From contig JASHOJ010000187.1 in assembly GCA_030041155.1 (NCBI GenBank), forward strand, positions 1,446 through 65,445: a stretch of DNA of 64,000 bases. Direction: 5' to 3'. Both the position numbers and the translations under genes were made by a program. The DNA is from Candidatus Binataceae bacterium (GTDB taxonomy: Bacteria > Desulfobacterota > Binatia > Binatales > Binataceae). Under the pieces are notes generated by a model. The model had not been told where the DNA came from. It ran no database searches and saw only the letters and a list, made by a program, of their open reading frames with translations. Shown here in pieces: positions 39,128 to 49,189 of this stretch (position 1 is the stretch's first letter; each line of letters starts with the position of its first letter).

Positions 39128-40297
39128 ATGGCGGAGCAAATTCCATTTATAACGAGCGACGACACGGCGAGAATCACGCGAAGATTTTATGCGGACTCGG
39201 AAATAGTGCGGATCCCAATAGACCGAGCCACAAGCCTGCTTCCACTTTTGCGCCCGGCCTTCAGAATATGGCTGGACCCTTGCGTCGATGGTATGGACGA
39301 TATTGACTCACGTCGCGACCGACCATGGTTCGCTTTCATGAAGCGCTTTCCAAGATTCGAGGATGTCGGGAAGCCGCCATTCCAAGCAAAACCCGTCGCG
39401 TCAGAAGTGGAGGCTTTCGTTGACGCCATTTTAGACAACTGCGCGTCACAGAAGCCGGCATGGATCACTGTTCCGCAGATGCCGTTAATAACGAATTCTG
39501 ATCGCAACAAAATCAATCGAGCGCTGGCCGCCGCCACCGGCAAGTGGAAAAGCCGTAAGGGATTTGCCGGGAAGCTTATTTTGCCTGTGATATTTACGCA
39601 TCAGGAACAAGTGAACGGTAAGACCGCAAGGAACCCCAAAATACAGCAGGCTGAGAAGTGTTACCACGATGCTCAGGCAGACGGACTTTGGGTCGTCGAA
39701 AGGAGCTTGGTCGACGACAGCGGGTCAGCGACTCTCAGAAACAGACGTCTGCCGGGAATTGTTGCCTTGCATCAGGAACTCAATGAACGAATCGCATCCA
39801 GAATCCGTATAGCGGGACCGTACTGGGGCCTAAATCTAGTACTGTGGTCGAAAGGTCTAGTGGAATACCCTGCGATTGGAGTTGGTTCTGGATACCAATA
39901 TTTTCTAGCAGGTGGCCACATAACGCAGGCGAGCGTGAAAATCGTAATGCCCTCACTCAGACGCCGGGTTGGTGTTAGTGTTCAACTCAGAGGCTGGCTC
40001 GATGCGGCACTTGCCAAACTAGCCACGATGCATCCGGCATTTGCAGAGCTCAACGATATTAAGAAGCAGTACAGCAGCCTGAGTTCGCCCGATGCCTCGC
40101 GTGAGCAAGTTGCTGCGTTTTACAAAAATTGGCTTGACCTTATTGCCAATGCGCCCAGATCTGGGCGGTCGATGGCTCTGTTTCAAGATTTGTCCGCTGC
40201 ATATGCACTAGGCAAGTCGCTTCCCGACCTACCGAATGAGGGGACAGCACGGCGTCCCGAAGCCGTGGCCGAGCCACTGATGCTTAGTTGCCTTTGA
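39128..40297 (+). CDS. Hypothetical protein, probable (beta/alpha)8-barrel enzyme
   Basis: Alternating beta/alpha pattern (IWLDP, WITVP, LILPVIF, ADGLWVV, YPAIGVG); fold is inferred; ATG 8 bp after the FRG stop. Confidence 0.65.
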   Translation: MAEQIPFITSDDTARITRRFYADSEIVRIPIDRATSLLPLLRPAFRIWLDPCVDGMDDIDSRRDRPWFAFMKRFPRFEDVGKPPFQAKPVASEVEAFVDAILDNCASQKPAWITVPQMPLITNSDRNKINRALAAATGKWKSRKGFAGKLILPVIFTHQEQVNGKTARNPKIQQAEKCYHDAQADGLWVVERSLVDDSGSATLRNRRLPGIVALHQELNERIASRIRIAGPYWGLNLVLWSKGLVEYPAIGVGSGYQYFLAGGHITQASVKIVMPSLRRRVGVSVQLRGWLDAALAKLATMHPAFAELNDIKKQYSSLSSPDASREQVAAFYKNWLDLIANAPRSGRSMALFQDLSAAYALGKSLPDLPNEGTARRPEAVAEPLMLSCL

Positions 40298-40970
40298 CCT
40301 GGCTTCTCCAGAACTTTTCCACACAATACAGCTGAGCAGCCTTATCCCTCCATTGCTCGGTTTTCTTGGGTGCGATCATGACTTGACATCGGCTATGCGT
40401 CACGCTGAGCAAGCCCACGCCAGCCGAGAAGAACGTTGACCAACGCGATGGTGTAGACTCGACACGTTTGGCATTATCGGCCGGCAACGCAACATATGAT
40501 TCGTCGGCAAACGCTAGATTGTTCAGCGCTTGCCGCATGGCCTCCTCCACTCTAGAGAGCTTTAATTCCACAGCGATCAGGCGGTCCTGAAGTGGCATCC
40601 AGCCGTTGATCTTCTGCAGCCTGGTCTTTGAGGAAAGGATCACGAACCGATCAGCGATGAGTCTTTCGGTCTCCTTTCGAACGGCTTCCTCAGGTACCCA
40701 GCCTGTCCAACGCCGCAATAACTTCTCGAACGTAAGGGATCTCCCAGTTTCCACGTCCGGAATCTGAAGGAGAATCATTGCGCGGGTGATTGATGTAACC
40801 GGACGTGTCTGCTTGAGCTGAATGCGCCGGGCGACATTTTGCGAATTGAAGCGCAGACCGACGAGATCGCACGCGCCCCACGGCGTGACGAATTCCGCCT
40901 TGGCCGTCAAGCCTTCGGCTCTCATCCACCGCGCCACGGTCGGCGTCATATCACATTCCTTCAGAAACAT
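40284..40970 (-). CDS. PD-(D/E)xK-like protein with winged-helix insert
   Basis: E...GACDLV...IAVELKL..AMRQA....FADESYVAL; convergent with and overlapping the previous gene by 14 bp. Confidence 0.7.
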   Translation of the reverse strand: MFLKECDMTPTVARWMRAEGLTAKAEFVTPWGACDLVGLRFNSQNVARRIQLKQTRPVTSITRAMILLQIPDVETGRSLTFEKLLRRWTGWVPEEAVRKETERLIADRFVILSSKTRLQKINGWMPLQDRLIAVELKLSRVEEAMRQALNNLAFADESYVALPADNAKRVESTPSRWSTFFSAGVGLLSVTHSRCQVMIAPKKTEQWRDKAAQLYCVEKFWRSQVKGN

Positions 40971-41511
40971 CGTCCCTCTCAGCATCTACTCGCGCTTGCT
41001 CTCGCCGCTCCGTTCAAGCGAGGCGATGCTACGCGAAGCGCGTGTTGAACTCCAGACACGGCCAGTTCCTGCGTTCAACGTCTCAGTTTTTCGGCGGGAA
41101 GTGAGCGCTCCGCCGGTCACTATGGCGGGCTCGCTCGCGGGCTGATTCGGTCTCGGCTGTTCGCCAGGGTCCTCGCGGGTCGCTCCGAGTAGAACCAGAT
41201 CCGTCGGACTCCTCGAACCGTCAAACCGCGGTCTATCCAGCCCGTCCAACGTGGCCGCTAAACACGATCGCTTAGCCCTCGACAACATTCTATCACGCCT
41301 TTTGGCTGGACGGCATCCCTGGATCAGAACGCGAGGCGAACGCCCGAGTTAAGCTCCGGCTTTCGTTGCCCAAAAGAGGTCAGTATCCGAGCGCCTTTGC
41401 GTTGGCGGCACCTGCGATGTCCCGGGAAACCGAAGCCGCCGTGGCGTTGATCCGGTCGAGGGCGACGAGTGCGTTGCCACCCGGTTTCAAGGAGGATGTC
41501 ACGAGCGGGGT

Positions 41512-41540
41512 TTGACGAAGTGGTAAGGCCACCCTAAACT
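41512..41540 (+). promoter_or_regulatory. Sigma70-type promoter of the HTH-MTase-nuclease operon
   Basis: TTGACG, 17 bp spacer, TAAACT, ending 34 bp before the TTG start at 41575. Confidence 0.6.
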
Positions 41541-41574
41541 GGGGTTAGCCCCAACCTGTATGGGGTAAATCAAC

Positions 41575-42042
41575 TTGAATTATACGCTTCAGCAGCTTCG
41601 GGACATTGTCGGTATTTCGGTGGAAACGTTCCGACATTGGCAGCGGGTAATCCCCGCTTTCTCTGCTCGAAAAGGACGTCGGGCGCGTTTTTCAACGGGC
41701 GATCTTATCGCCGCCGCGATAATTCGAGTCCTCACCGACGACTGCGGAATAAAAATTGGCCGACTGAAGGCAGCGAATCAGATCGTCTCGCTGTGCAATG
41801 ATAAATCATGGGCTCTTGATCGCAAGACCCTGGTGGTGAACCCAGCCGAAGGTAGTTGCCAGGTCGTTGGAGATCGGGGCGCTGGGGGCGACGGCTTCGT
41901 TGTCCTCTGCCCTCTCAAACCCATAATGAGCGAGCTGCGAGGCAAACTGTTGGACTCCGAAACGACCCGGGCACAGCGAGCCCTCGCCTTTCCAGTGATC
42001 GAGGTGAAGAGGAAAAACCAGACCTGGAGACGCGGACCATGA
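41575..42042 (+). CDS. MerR-like HTH protein
   Basis: YTLQQLRDIVGISVETFRHWQRVI...RARFSTGDL; ATGA overlap with the MTase. Confidence 0.75.
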   Translation: MNYTLQQLRDIVGISVETFRHWQRVIPAFSARKGRRARFSTGDLIAAAIIRVLTDDCGIKIGRLKAANQIVSLCNDKSWALDRKTLVVNPAEGSCQVVGDRGAGGDGFVVLCPLKPIMSELRGKLLDSETTRAQRALAFPVIEVKRKNQTWRRGP

Positions 42043-45000
42043 ATGGCAGGCATCTCCTGTCCGACGAGTGGAAGGTGCGGCTGGGTCTTTTGAGTCGCTC
42101 CGCCGCTGAATTCTACGAGGAGAACGAATCCGTCGGCGACGTACCATATGCGGGAGCTATCCGTACCGCACTCCGGGAGTTGAACCTCTCGGGATTGTTC
42201 TGCGTGCAGGGCGTTCCGACGATCGTCTTCCTTTCCTTGGATGAATACGACCCGGAGAAGCTCATTGCCGTACATGCCGCTCTCTGGAACCAAGGGCTTG
42301 CGAGCTTGCTTATGGTCGCAAGCGGCGACACACTGCGAGCCTTTTCGTTGGCGAAGAAGCCACTCAGAGAAACTGGTGACGAGTTCGAAAAGCGCTGTCT
42401 GGTGGAAACGCTGGAGGCAGTCGTTGATGTTCTCAGGATACAGAGCGTCTTGTCCGCAGCTGAGTCCGGCAGGCTGTGGCAAGACGAGCCGGAATATTTT
42501 CAGCCGAAGGAACGGGTCGACCAAGTCTTGCTCGACAACCTGACAGAATCCCACCGTCAGCTGTGTGACTTGAGTCTGCCATCTCAAGCCGCTCAAGCTC
42601 TCCTCATACAGGCGATGTTTATCGCCTACTTGGAAGATCGCGGCATAACGTCCCGAGAGTATTTTGCTAGGGGCACTGGCGGTATGGCAGACACCTTCCT
42701 TGAGCTGCTTCGGACCGGGAAGGTTAGCTCACTCAGCTCGCTCTTCGGAAAACTTCGAGAAGACTTCAATGGCGACCTGTTCGTGGCGCCCTGTTCTTTC
42801 GATAGCGGCGCCAAGGCTCCGGCATTGAACAGCGCACATCTTGATGTACTTTCACGGTTCCGCAGCGGTGAGGAGGAAATGGTCGGTGGCCAGCGCAGAT
42901 TTTGGGGATACGACTTCAAATACATCCCGATAGAACTCATCAGTGCTGTCTACGATCGCTTTCTTGAGGAGGAAAAGCAGGAGCGCCGCGAGCAGGGAGC
43001 CTACTACACTCCGATGTTCCTCGCGGATGCAATTGTTTCCCAGGTCTGGGAACTTCTGCCCACAGAATTGAAGGTTAAGTGCACAGTCCTCGATCCCGCA
43101 TGCGGTTCTGGGGTCTTCCTTGTACGGTTTTTTCAAAGATCCTGCGAGTTTTGGCGTTCGACTCACCAAACGAAAACCATCCGGTGGGACGTCCTGCGCT
43201 CAATCTTAGATCGAATCAATGGTTGGGACGTGAACGAGAACGCGGTGCGGGTCGCAGTCTTCTCTCTATATGTGGCGCTAATGGAGGAGGTATCTCCGCC
43301 AGATCTTCAGCTGCTCCTGAAACGAGGAAGAATCCTGCCGGGGCTATGGACTCGAACCATGGTGTGCCAGGACTTCTTCTCAGTACGTGAAGATCGCACG
43401 AATAATTTCGACGTTATTGTTGGCAATCCTCCGTGGAGCAGCCGTCAAGGCTCGGAACGCAGCCACGTGAAGTGGTCCGAAGCGGCGCAGCTCCCGCTAC
43501 CCGCCAAGGAAGCGGCGTGGGCTTTTGCATGGAAAAGCCTTCGTCACATATCACAGGCCGGTATTGTCGGTTTGCTACTTCCCGCCATGGGATTCCTCCA
43601 CAACCAAGCGGAGGACGCGATCGAAGCGCGCAATCAATTCCTAGTAGATGCGCGGATCCGGCGAATCGTCAACTTTGCTGACCTGCGTTTTTTGCTTTTC
43701 GACAAAGCGCAACGAGCAGCCGCGCTCTTAGTCTTCGCGCAAAACTCTGAGTCGAAGCCTGTGTATCGTATTGAATACTGGGTGCCTAAGGCGCGCCCGG
43801 GTCTGTTTATAAAGCGTGTTATTCTGGTAAGTACCGCCGACAAGGCGTCGTTTACCTCCGAGGAAGCCGTTGCTGATCCACTGCTGTTTACAAGGAGAAT
43901 GTGGATGCACGATTCGGAGGCGAAGCTTTTCAACTATTTGAGGCACCTGACACCGCTGAGCCGCTTGGTGAAGGAACATCGCGAGGCACGAACGGAAGAA
44001 CCGTCCACCGGCCTATGGATAATCGGCCAAGGGTTTCAGCCTTTCAACGAGCCCACGAAAAGCGCTCCCAAAGCCAAGGAGAGCGACTATGTAGGCAAGG
44101 TCCCCGATCTGCCGGTAAAACGAATGACCCGGCTCGCGCAGTCAGCAACGGGATTGGCTCCGTGGAGAGATAATTTAGTTCGTAGAAAAGGCTACGAGCG
44201 GGGATTCCACGGGCCCCGTGTGTTGGTCTCTCGCGCAGTTGAAGTCTCGGACAGCAGATTGCGAGCTTCGTATGTAGAGGCGCCGCTGACCTTCCAGGAT
44301 ATCATTCAGGCAATCGCCGTTCCGATAGATGATGTCCCTCGCGCCAAGGTTCTCGCGGCTTTCCTGAATAGTCGGCTTGCAACCTGGTTTGCGTTTCACG
44401 GAACTTCGTCGTTCTCTTCCGATCGTCAGGAAGTCAAGGAAAATCAACTACTGACTTTGCCGTTCCCAGCTGCAGATGAAGTAGAGAAGCCCCAACGGGC
44501 TAGAGCCGCGGCTCAAGGGTTAATCAGTCTCGTCGATGCTTATTTCGGAGACGGGAACACCAGTTTCCGACTCGTCGGTGAGGACAACCCGATTCCTACC
44601 GAATTGGACGACCTTACGTACGACTACTTCGGTCTATCCAAAATCGAGCGAACTCTCGTTGACGACGTTGTTGCGAACATAATCCCGGGGATCCAACCTA
44701 CCCGGACTCGATACCCGGACCTATGGAGGCCCGCTGACGTCTCGGACCGACACCAGTACGCGAGTCTCCTTCTGAGCTTACTCAGAGAGTGGTTCGATCA
44801 AACCTGCGTTGTCGGCGCAAAGTTAGTGGCCAGAAATTCAGACTTGGCAATTTTGAAGCTGTCGCTCGAAAGCAGGAATGGAACTCCAGAGTACACCGAA
44901 GAGGCTGGCGACTCGTTCACCGATGTGCTCACGCGGCTTTCGCGAGAGGTAAACCAGCCGTTGGATCGCAATTTTCAGGTAGTTCCGAATTTCCGGATTT

Positions 45001-45128
45001 TCATCGGCAGAGACCTCTATCTTATCAAGCCGACGCAGAAGCGATATTGGCTAAAGTCCACCGCGATAGCTGACTCGGATTCGATCGCGATGGATCTGCA
45101 GACCGGCGCGGAATTACACCTCGAGTAA
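42039..45128 (+). CDS. N6-adenine DNA methyltransferase (HsdM/IIG-like) with C-terminal specificity region
   Basis: IPIELISAVY, GAYYTP, LDPACGSGVFL and VGNPPW. Confidence 0.9.
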   Translation: MNGRHLLSDEWKVRLGLLSRSAAEFYEENESVGDVPYAGAIRTALRELNLSGLFCVQGVPTIVFLSLDEYDPEKLIAVHAALWNQGLASLLMVASGDTLRAFSLAKKPLRETGDEFEKRCLVETLEAVVDVLRIQSVLSAAESGRLWQDEPEYFQPKERVDQVLLDNLTESHRQLCDLSLPSQAAQALLIQAMFIAYLEDRGITSREYFARGTGGMADTFLELLRTGKVSSLSSLFGKLREDFNGDLFVAPCSFDSGAKAPALNSAHLDVLSRFRSGEEEMVGGQRRFWGYDFKYIPIELISAVYDRFLEEEKQERREQGAYYTPMFLADAIVSQVWELLPTELKVKCTVLDPACGSGVFLVRFFQRSCEFWRSTHQTKTIRWDVLRSILDRINGWDVNENAVRVAVFSLYVALMEEVSPPDLQLLLKRGRILPGLWTRTMVCQDFFSVREDRTNNFDVIVGNPPWSSRQGSERSHVKWSEAAQLPLPAKEAAWAFAWKSLRHISQAGIVGLLLPAMGFLHNQAEDAIEARNQFLVDARIRRIVNFADLRFLLFDKAQRAAALLVFAQNSESKPVYRIEYWVPKARPGLFIKRVILVSTADKASFTSEEAVADPLLFTRRMWMHDSEAKLFNYLRHLTPLSRLVKEHREARTEEPSTGLWIIGQGFQPFNEPTKSAPKAKESDYVGKVPDLPVKRMTRLAQSATGLAPWRDNLVRRKGYERGFHGPRVLVSRAVEVSDSRLRASYVEAPLTFQDIIQAIAVPIDDVPRAKVLAAFLNSRLATWFAFHGTSSFSSDRQEVKENQLLTLPFPAADEVEKPQRARAAAQGLISLVDAYFGDGNTSFRLVGEDNPIPTELDDLTYDYFGLSKIERTLVDDVVANIIPGIQPTRTRYPDLWRPADVSDRHQYASLLLSLLREWFDQTCVVGAKLVARNSDLAILKLSLESRNGTPEYTEEAGDSFTDVLTRLSREVNQPLDRNFQVVPNFRIFIGRDLYLIKPTQKRYWLKSTAIADSDSIAMDLQTGAELHLE

Positions 45129-45138
45129 AGGTAAGACA

Positions 45139-45801
45139 ATGCCGGTGGGAGATGCCGAGGAGTGGCGGAAGCGATTCATAAGAATGGACGAGCGCCTACT
45201 CGCACGCATTTCCGAAATCTGGCCGTCGTGCCTGGCAACACTGCGCGGGCAACCTGAAGAGAACACGATAACGATGACCTTAGTGGACGTACTGTCCCGC
45301 GACATCGTCGCTCGTCGAATTGCCTACTTTGAGTACCAGTTTGAACCGTTCGGATACAGGCCGGACGGAGTCGTCTTCAGCAAAGGAAAGGTGGATTTGG
45401 CTGCGATTCTAGATCAGGACCGCAACAAATACTTGGCCTACGAGTGCAAGCGATTGAACGTCATCTATAGCGGCACCACGCGCTTGCTCGCGGCTGACTA
45501 CGTGAAAGATGGCACCATGCGATTTGTGACCGAGCAATACGCTGATGGGCTTCCGCTCGGTGGTATGCTGGGTTACGTTCTGAACGGCGACACGCAGTCT
45601 GCAATCGATGGCGTAAAAAAGGCAATCACCAAGAAGCGCGCGCGGCTCGGTCTTCGGTCCGGACCCCGGGAGATACCACCTATAGCCGGACTTAAAAGAT
45701 TCTCAACGGGACATGCTCGGCCCGCGGGCTCTACGATTGAACTCTTACACACTTTTCTGCCGTTTTCGGCATCGAAAGGCGAGCTAACAATCGGCTATTA
45801 A
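45139..45801 (+). CDS. Putative PD-(D/E)xK nuclease
   Basis: ENTIT..L, GKVDL, YECKRL and GGMLGYV; 10 bp after the MTase. Confidence 0.65.
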   Translation: MPVGDAEEWRKRFIRMDERLLARISEIWPSCLATLRGQPEENTITMTLVDVLSRDIVARRIAYFEYQFEPFGYRPDGVVFSKGKVDLAAILDQDRNKYLAYECKRLNVIYSGTTRLLAADYVKDGTMRFVTEQYADGLPLGGMLGYVLNGDTQSAIDGVKKAITKKRARLGLRSGPREIPPIAGLKRFSTGHARPAGSTIELLHTFLPFSASKGELTIGY

Positions 45802-46052
45802 CCGTCCAGTCGAATCCGGTTCGGCGCCAATAAGGCCTTGACATTGAACATCACCTTGGGGTTCACCCTGCCCTTCGGTTGACGACTATGTGGGATTTTT
45901 GTGGGGGCTCAAAAATTAAGCGATCTTACTTATGAATGCGCACAACTTGGGTGCACACCAACGCCAACACTATTCGGCCTATCTAAGACGTCGCTAAAGG
46001 GAGGCGCCGCCCCGGCCGCAGTCAGAGAGACCGGGTTTGTTGACATAGTCAC

Positions 46053-47126
46053 ATGACAGACCTGCAGATGCCGACGCTCAATTTCATGCCGTGGTGTCGG
46101 CTCGATCGAGAATATCGCGTGGGAGCGGTTGCGCTCATCCCGTATTCGCGCGAACATCCGCCGGTTGATCTCGATCCCGACCATACCCGCGCCGTTAACA
46201 CGATCCTCGCCGACTTCATTTACGTTAACGGGCGTCCGATCGATCGGTGCACACTCATAACCCTCGAAAACCGCTTGTTAATAGAGGGTTGGGACAACCC
46301 CAACGCATTCGAGACAACATACGGCCACGCGCAGATGGCGTGTCTCTCGTCACTCGAGGGCCGCGACTATTTTGGTAGCGCGGAACCGTACAGCAACGCG
46401 GAATGCTTCGCGCTCTATTCACGGCAATACCGTGAAGGGAGGGCCGTCGCGGCGCCGATTTTCAGGCGGGATAGTACTCCGTTGGGGCTCGCCGGACCTG
46501 CCCTGCGGGTTCACATACCTGCGCAGGCAATAGCCGTTCCGAAGCTCCCATTCAATGAGCCGCTCTATCGCGCGCTCACGGCGCTGCGTCGTCGATGGCT
46601 CGACGCGGGGCGGACGGGCGACTGGGCGATCTGGGCCGAGTCTATCTATTCCTTCAATCTAGCGAATACCGACCAGGAGAGTTTCGGCAGGGACTTGGAG
46701 TGGGTGCTCATGTGTTCGGCCATGCAGCGCCTTTTGGGAGCCCGCTCTTCAGCGGCGGATACAGCTAGCAAACTCGCAGCCGCCTTAACATCCGACGGCT
46801 CGCTCGGTCCGTCAGCATCAGAGACTGTCCAGGACTGGGCGAAAGAGTTTTACCGCCTGCGCAACGACTTTGCGCATGGGAAATTGCGGACGCGGCAGCC
46901 GCGCATGTGGCACCAACCCTATCACCTGCTACTCGCCGCCATCGTCTTTCCTCTGCTCGTCAAAAAGCTTCTGGAACGGGAGGCATTCTACCAATCGACC
47001 GAAACCGATCGGGTGGAGGTCGCGGCGTTCGTGCGTTTCGCCGCCGATCTCCGCGACACCGGCTCTCCGCGCAAGAGTTGGCACCGCTATGTGCGCGAGG
47101 AGCAGGAGCAGGCGCGGGTCCCATAG
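46053..47126 (+). CDS. HEPN-domain protein (ApeA-like architecture)
   Basis: FYRLRNDFAHG (Rx4H), preceded by the helix CSAMQRLLG. Confidence 0.75.
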   Translation: MTDLQMPTLNFMPWCRLDREYRVGAVALIPYSREHPPVDLDPDHTRAVNTILADFIYVNGRPIDRCTLITLENRLLIEGWDNPNAFETTYGHAQMACLSSLEGRDYFGSAEPYSNAECFALYSRQYREGRAVAAPIFRRDSTPLGLAGPALRVHIPAQAIAVPKLPFNEPLYRALTALRRRWLDAGRTGDWAIWAESIYSFNLANTDQESFGRDLEWVLMCSAMQRLLGARSSAADTASKLAAALTSDGSLGPSASETVQDWAKEFYRLRNDFAHGKLRTRQPRMWHQPYHLLLAAIVFPLLVKKLLEREAFYQSTETDRVEVAAFVRFAADLRDTGSPRKSWHRYVREEQEQARVP

Positions 47127-47646
47127 GTCGAGCCGTGGCGCTACTGCCAGGCCATCGGCCGCACAGGCGAGACGCGTGTCGGTCGTCTAACCGCGCTCGT
47201 TCATATGCGGTACTTCTTTATATCGACCGTGTTTGGAATTGCCGCCTCTGCTGTCGCCGTCGCCGTTACGACGATCGAGATGTATCCGCCCGCGCTGGCG
47301 CGCGCCGTTTTTTGATTACGGTGGGTCGTCCTGAAAGGGTGAAATCCGGTCAATTCCGAGGAAGAAATGCCATCAGAGTTTGATCGCGAAGGCGGTCGGC
47401 TCGTTCTTCCTAGAGCGTGAGACATTTGTGAGAAACGCGGCTTCAAGCGAGAAATCGACGTGGCCGATTCTGTGCCACCGCCGTGCCCACAATTTGGGCC
47501 GTTTCACCGTTTCATGTCGACATTTCTGGCGTCTTTCGCGCTCGACAGCCTCAATTGACAACCTTGAGCAACGAGTGGGATACAGCAAAGGGTAGGGGTC
47601 ACAATAGGGCGCGGCGTAAAGTCCACAAAGGAGGAGGGCAATAGAA

Positions 47647-48753
47647 TTGCCGATCTCGGAAGAAATCATCGGAGAGGCGACTGCTCGCTATGAGCGGGAG
47701 CGTGACCGCTATCTCAAACTCGCCGCCCGGGTTGCTGACATTTGTCGGTCTGAAATCGTGGAGGCGAACGCAATACGCGCTCAAGTCACCTGGCGCGCGA
47801 AGAGTGCAAAAAGTTTTGCAGACAAGCTCAGACGTTTTTCAAAAAGGCCCGAAAAGAAATGCGAGACCGTCGACAAAGTTTTCGTTATGGTTAGCGACTT
47901 GGCTGGTGTTCGCATCGCGACCTACCAGCCAGAGACGGAATCGCGCGTCACACAGGAGATTCAAAAGCGCTTTCGAGGGACAGATGGACTTGATGTTAAG
48001 CCGGAAAAAAAAGACAAGGTTGCACAAGGCGGATTTTATCGTGCGACGCACTGTCAGGTGGTGCTTCCAGATGACGACCTGGTGGGGACCTATGAAAACC
48101 TAAAGGCCACGAGTTGTGAAATCCAAGTCTGCTCCATGATGGCGCATGTCTGGAATGAAATTGAGCACGACATCGGCTACAAACCCGAGGGAACGGGCCC
48201 TCAAGAGAAAGAGCACGGCCTTCTTCAAGCACTTGGCCACCTGACTCGTTCGGGCGATGAGATCATCACACGGCTGCTGGAAGCCAATACGGAACGTCTA
48301 CAAGAGCAGCAGGGCGAATTTGAAGATGTGTTTGAGTTTGTCGCCAGGCTCAAACCGCACTTCCCAGATACTGACTTCACTCTATACTCCGGACAGCTCT
48401 TCGATGAGGCGCAGGCGCTTGGATTGTCCTCTTTCGAGAAGTTGAAGGCGGCGCTGGGAGGAGATGCGAACTTCACTCCGGAAGTCGCCAGGAAGAAGCT
48501 GGCAGAATTCAACGACTATCTGACGAAGCGCCAGGAACCAGAGTGGCTTCTCAACGAAGAATCATCAGATGTCGTGCTGATTTTGCTTCTCGAGAAGTTT
48601 GCAAAGCAGATAGAAGAGAACCACCCGGCCGGCCGCGGCATGGGTCGTCCTCCAAGAATCAGAAGCATTGCGACGCGGTACCGACAGTACCGCAACGATC
48701 TCGAGCAAATCACTGTGGCTTCTGACGGAGTCGCCGAGCCTCACCCCGGATGA
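47647..48753 (+). CDS. Small alarmone synthetase (RelA/SpoT synthetase domain only)
   Basis: RAKSAKSFADK, DLAGVRI, GFYRATH and EIQVCSMMAHVWNEIEHDIGYK; no HD hydrolase domain. Confidence 0.9.
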   Translation: MPISEEIIGEATARYERERDRYLKLAARVADICRSEIVEANAIRAQVTWRAKSAKSFADKLRRFSKRPEKKCETVDKVFVMVSDLAGVRIATYQPETESRVTQEIQKRFRGTDGLDVKPEKKDKVAQGGFYRATHCQVVLPDDDLVGTYENLKATSCEIQVCSMMAHVWNEIEHDIGYKPEGTGPQEKEHGLLQALGHLTRSGDEIITRLLEANTERLQEQQGEFEDVFEFVARLKPHFPDTDFTLYSGQLFDEAQALGLSSFEKLKAALGGDANFTPEVARKKLAEFNDYLTKRQEPEWLLNEESSDVVLILLLEKFAKQIEENHPAGRGMGRPPRIRSIATRYRQYRNDLEQITVASDGVAEPHPG

Positions 48754-49004
48754 TTGGCCAGCAAGAGGCCAGCTGTTTAGGAGGCGACTCTCGAGGCGGC
48801 AATAGTGTCCGATCCGATTCCGGCTGGCCGTGCTAAAAGGGCAGCGGGATCCGAACGGACACGACTGAAATTGAGTTCAATGCGCCGGTATTTGAGAATC
48901 GAACTGTCGTAGTCTGGCTACGATTCGACGAAAGAAACCAAACGAATCAAGCGAGAGGACTGCCTCGGAACGCCTCTCAGCGATTCTAATTCCGCGCGGA
49001 TCGC

Positions 49005-49045
49005 TGTGCCCGATTTTGTGCCCTGCTGTGCCCAAAATTGTGCCC
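49005..49045. repeat. Four direct TGTGCCC repeats (candidate integrase arm-type sites)
   Basis: TGTGCCC at 49005, 49017, 49027 and 49039, about 145 bp inside the tRNA fragment. Confidence 0.75.
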
Positions 49046-49189
49046 TTACTGTTTACCGCTGCCGATCACTCGATGGCGCTCGGTGGGATCTATGAAAGCG
49101 TCTGAAGTCCCTCTCCGCCAAAGGTTTTGGTGACCTCAAGTGTCAAGAAAGGATACCGGTTACTCCCGACGCTTCGGAACCTGAATAGA

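Noticed and set aside
40986..41500. Short ORFs between the nuclease-like gene and the MerR-like gene
   Set aside because: No motifs or convincing RBS; more likely divergent promoter space
47201..47446. Possible integrase C-terminal remnant (..IPNTVDIKKYRI)
   Set aside because: No catalytic motif is visible and the resemblance is too weak to call
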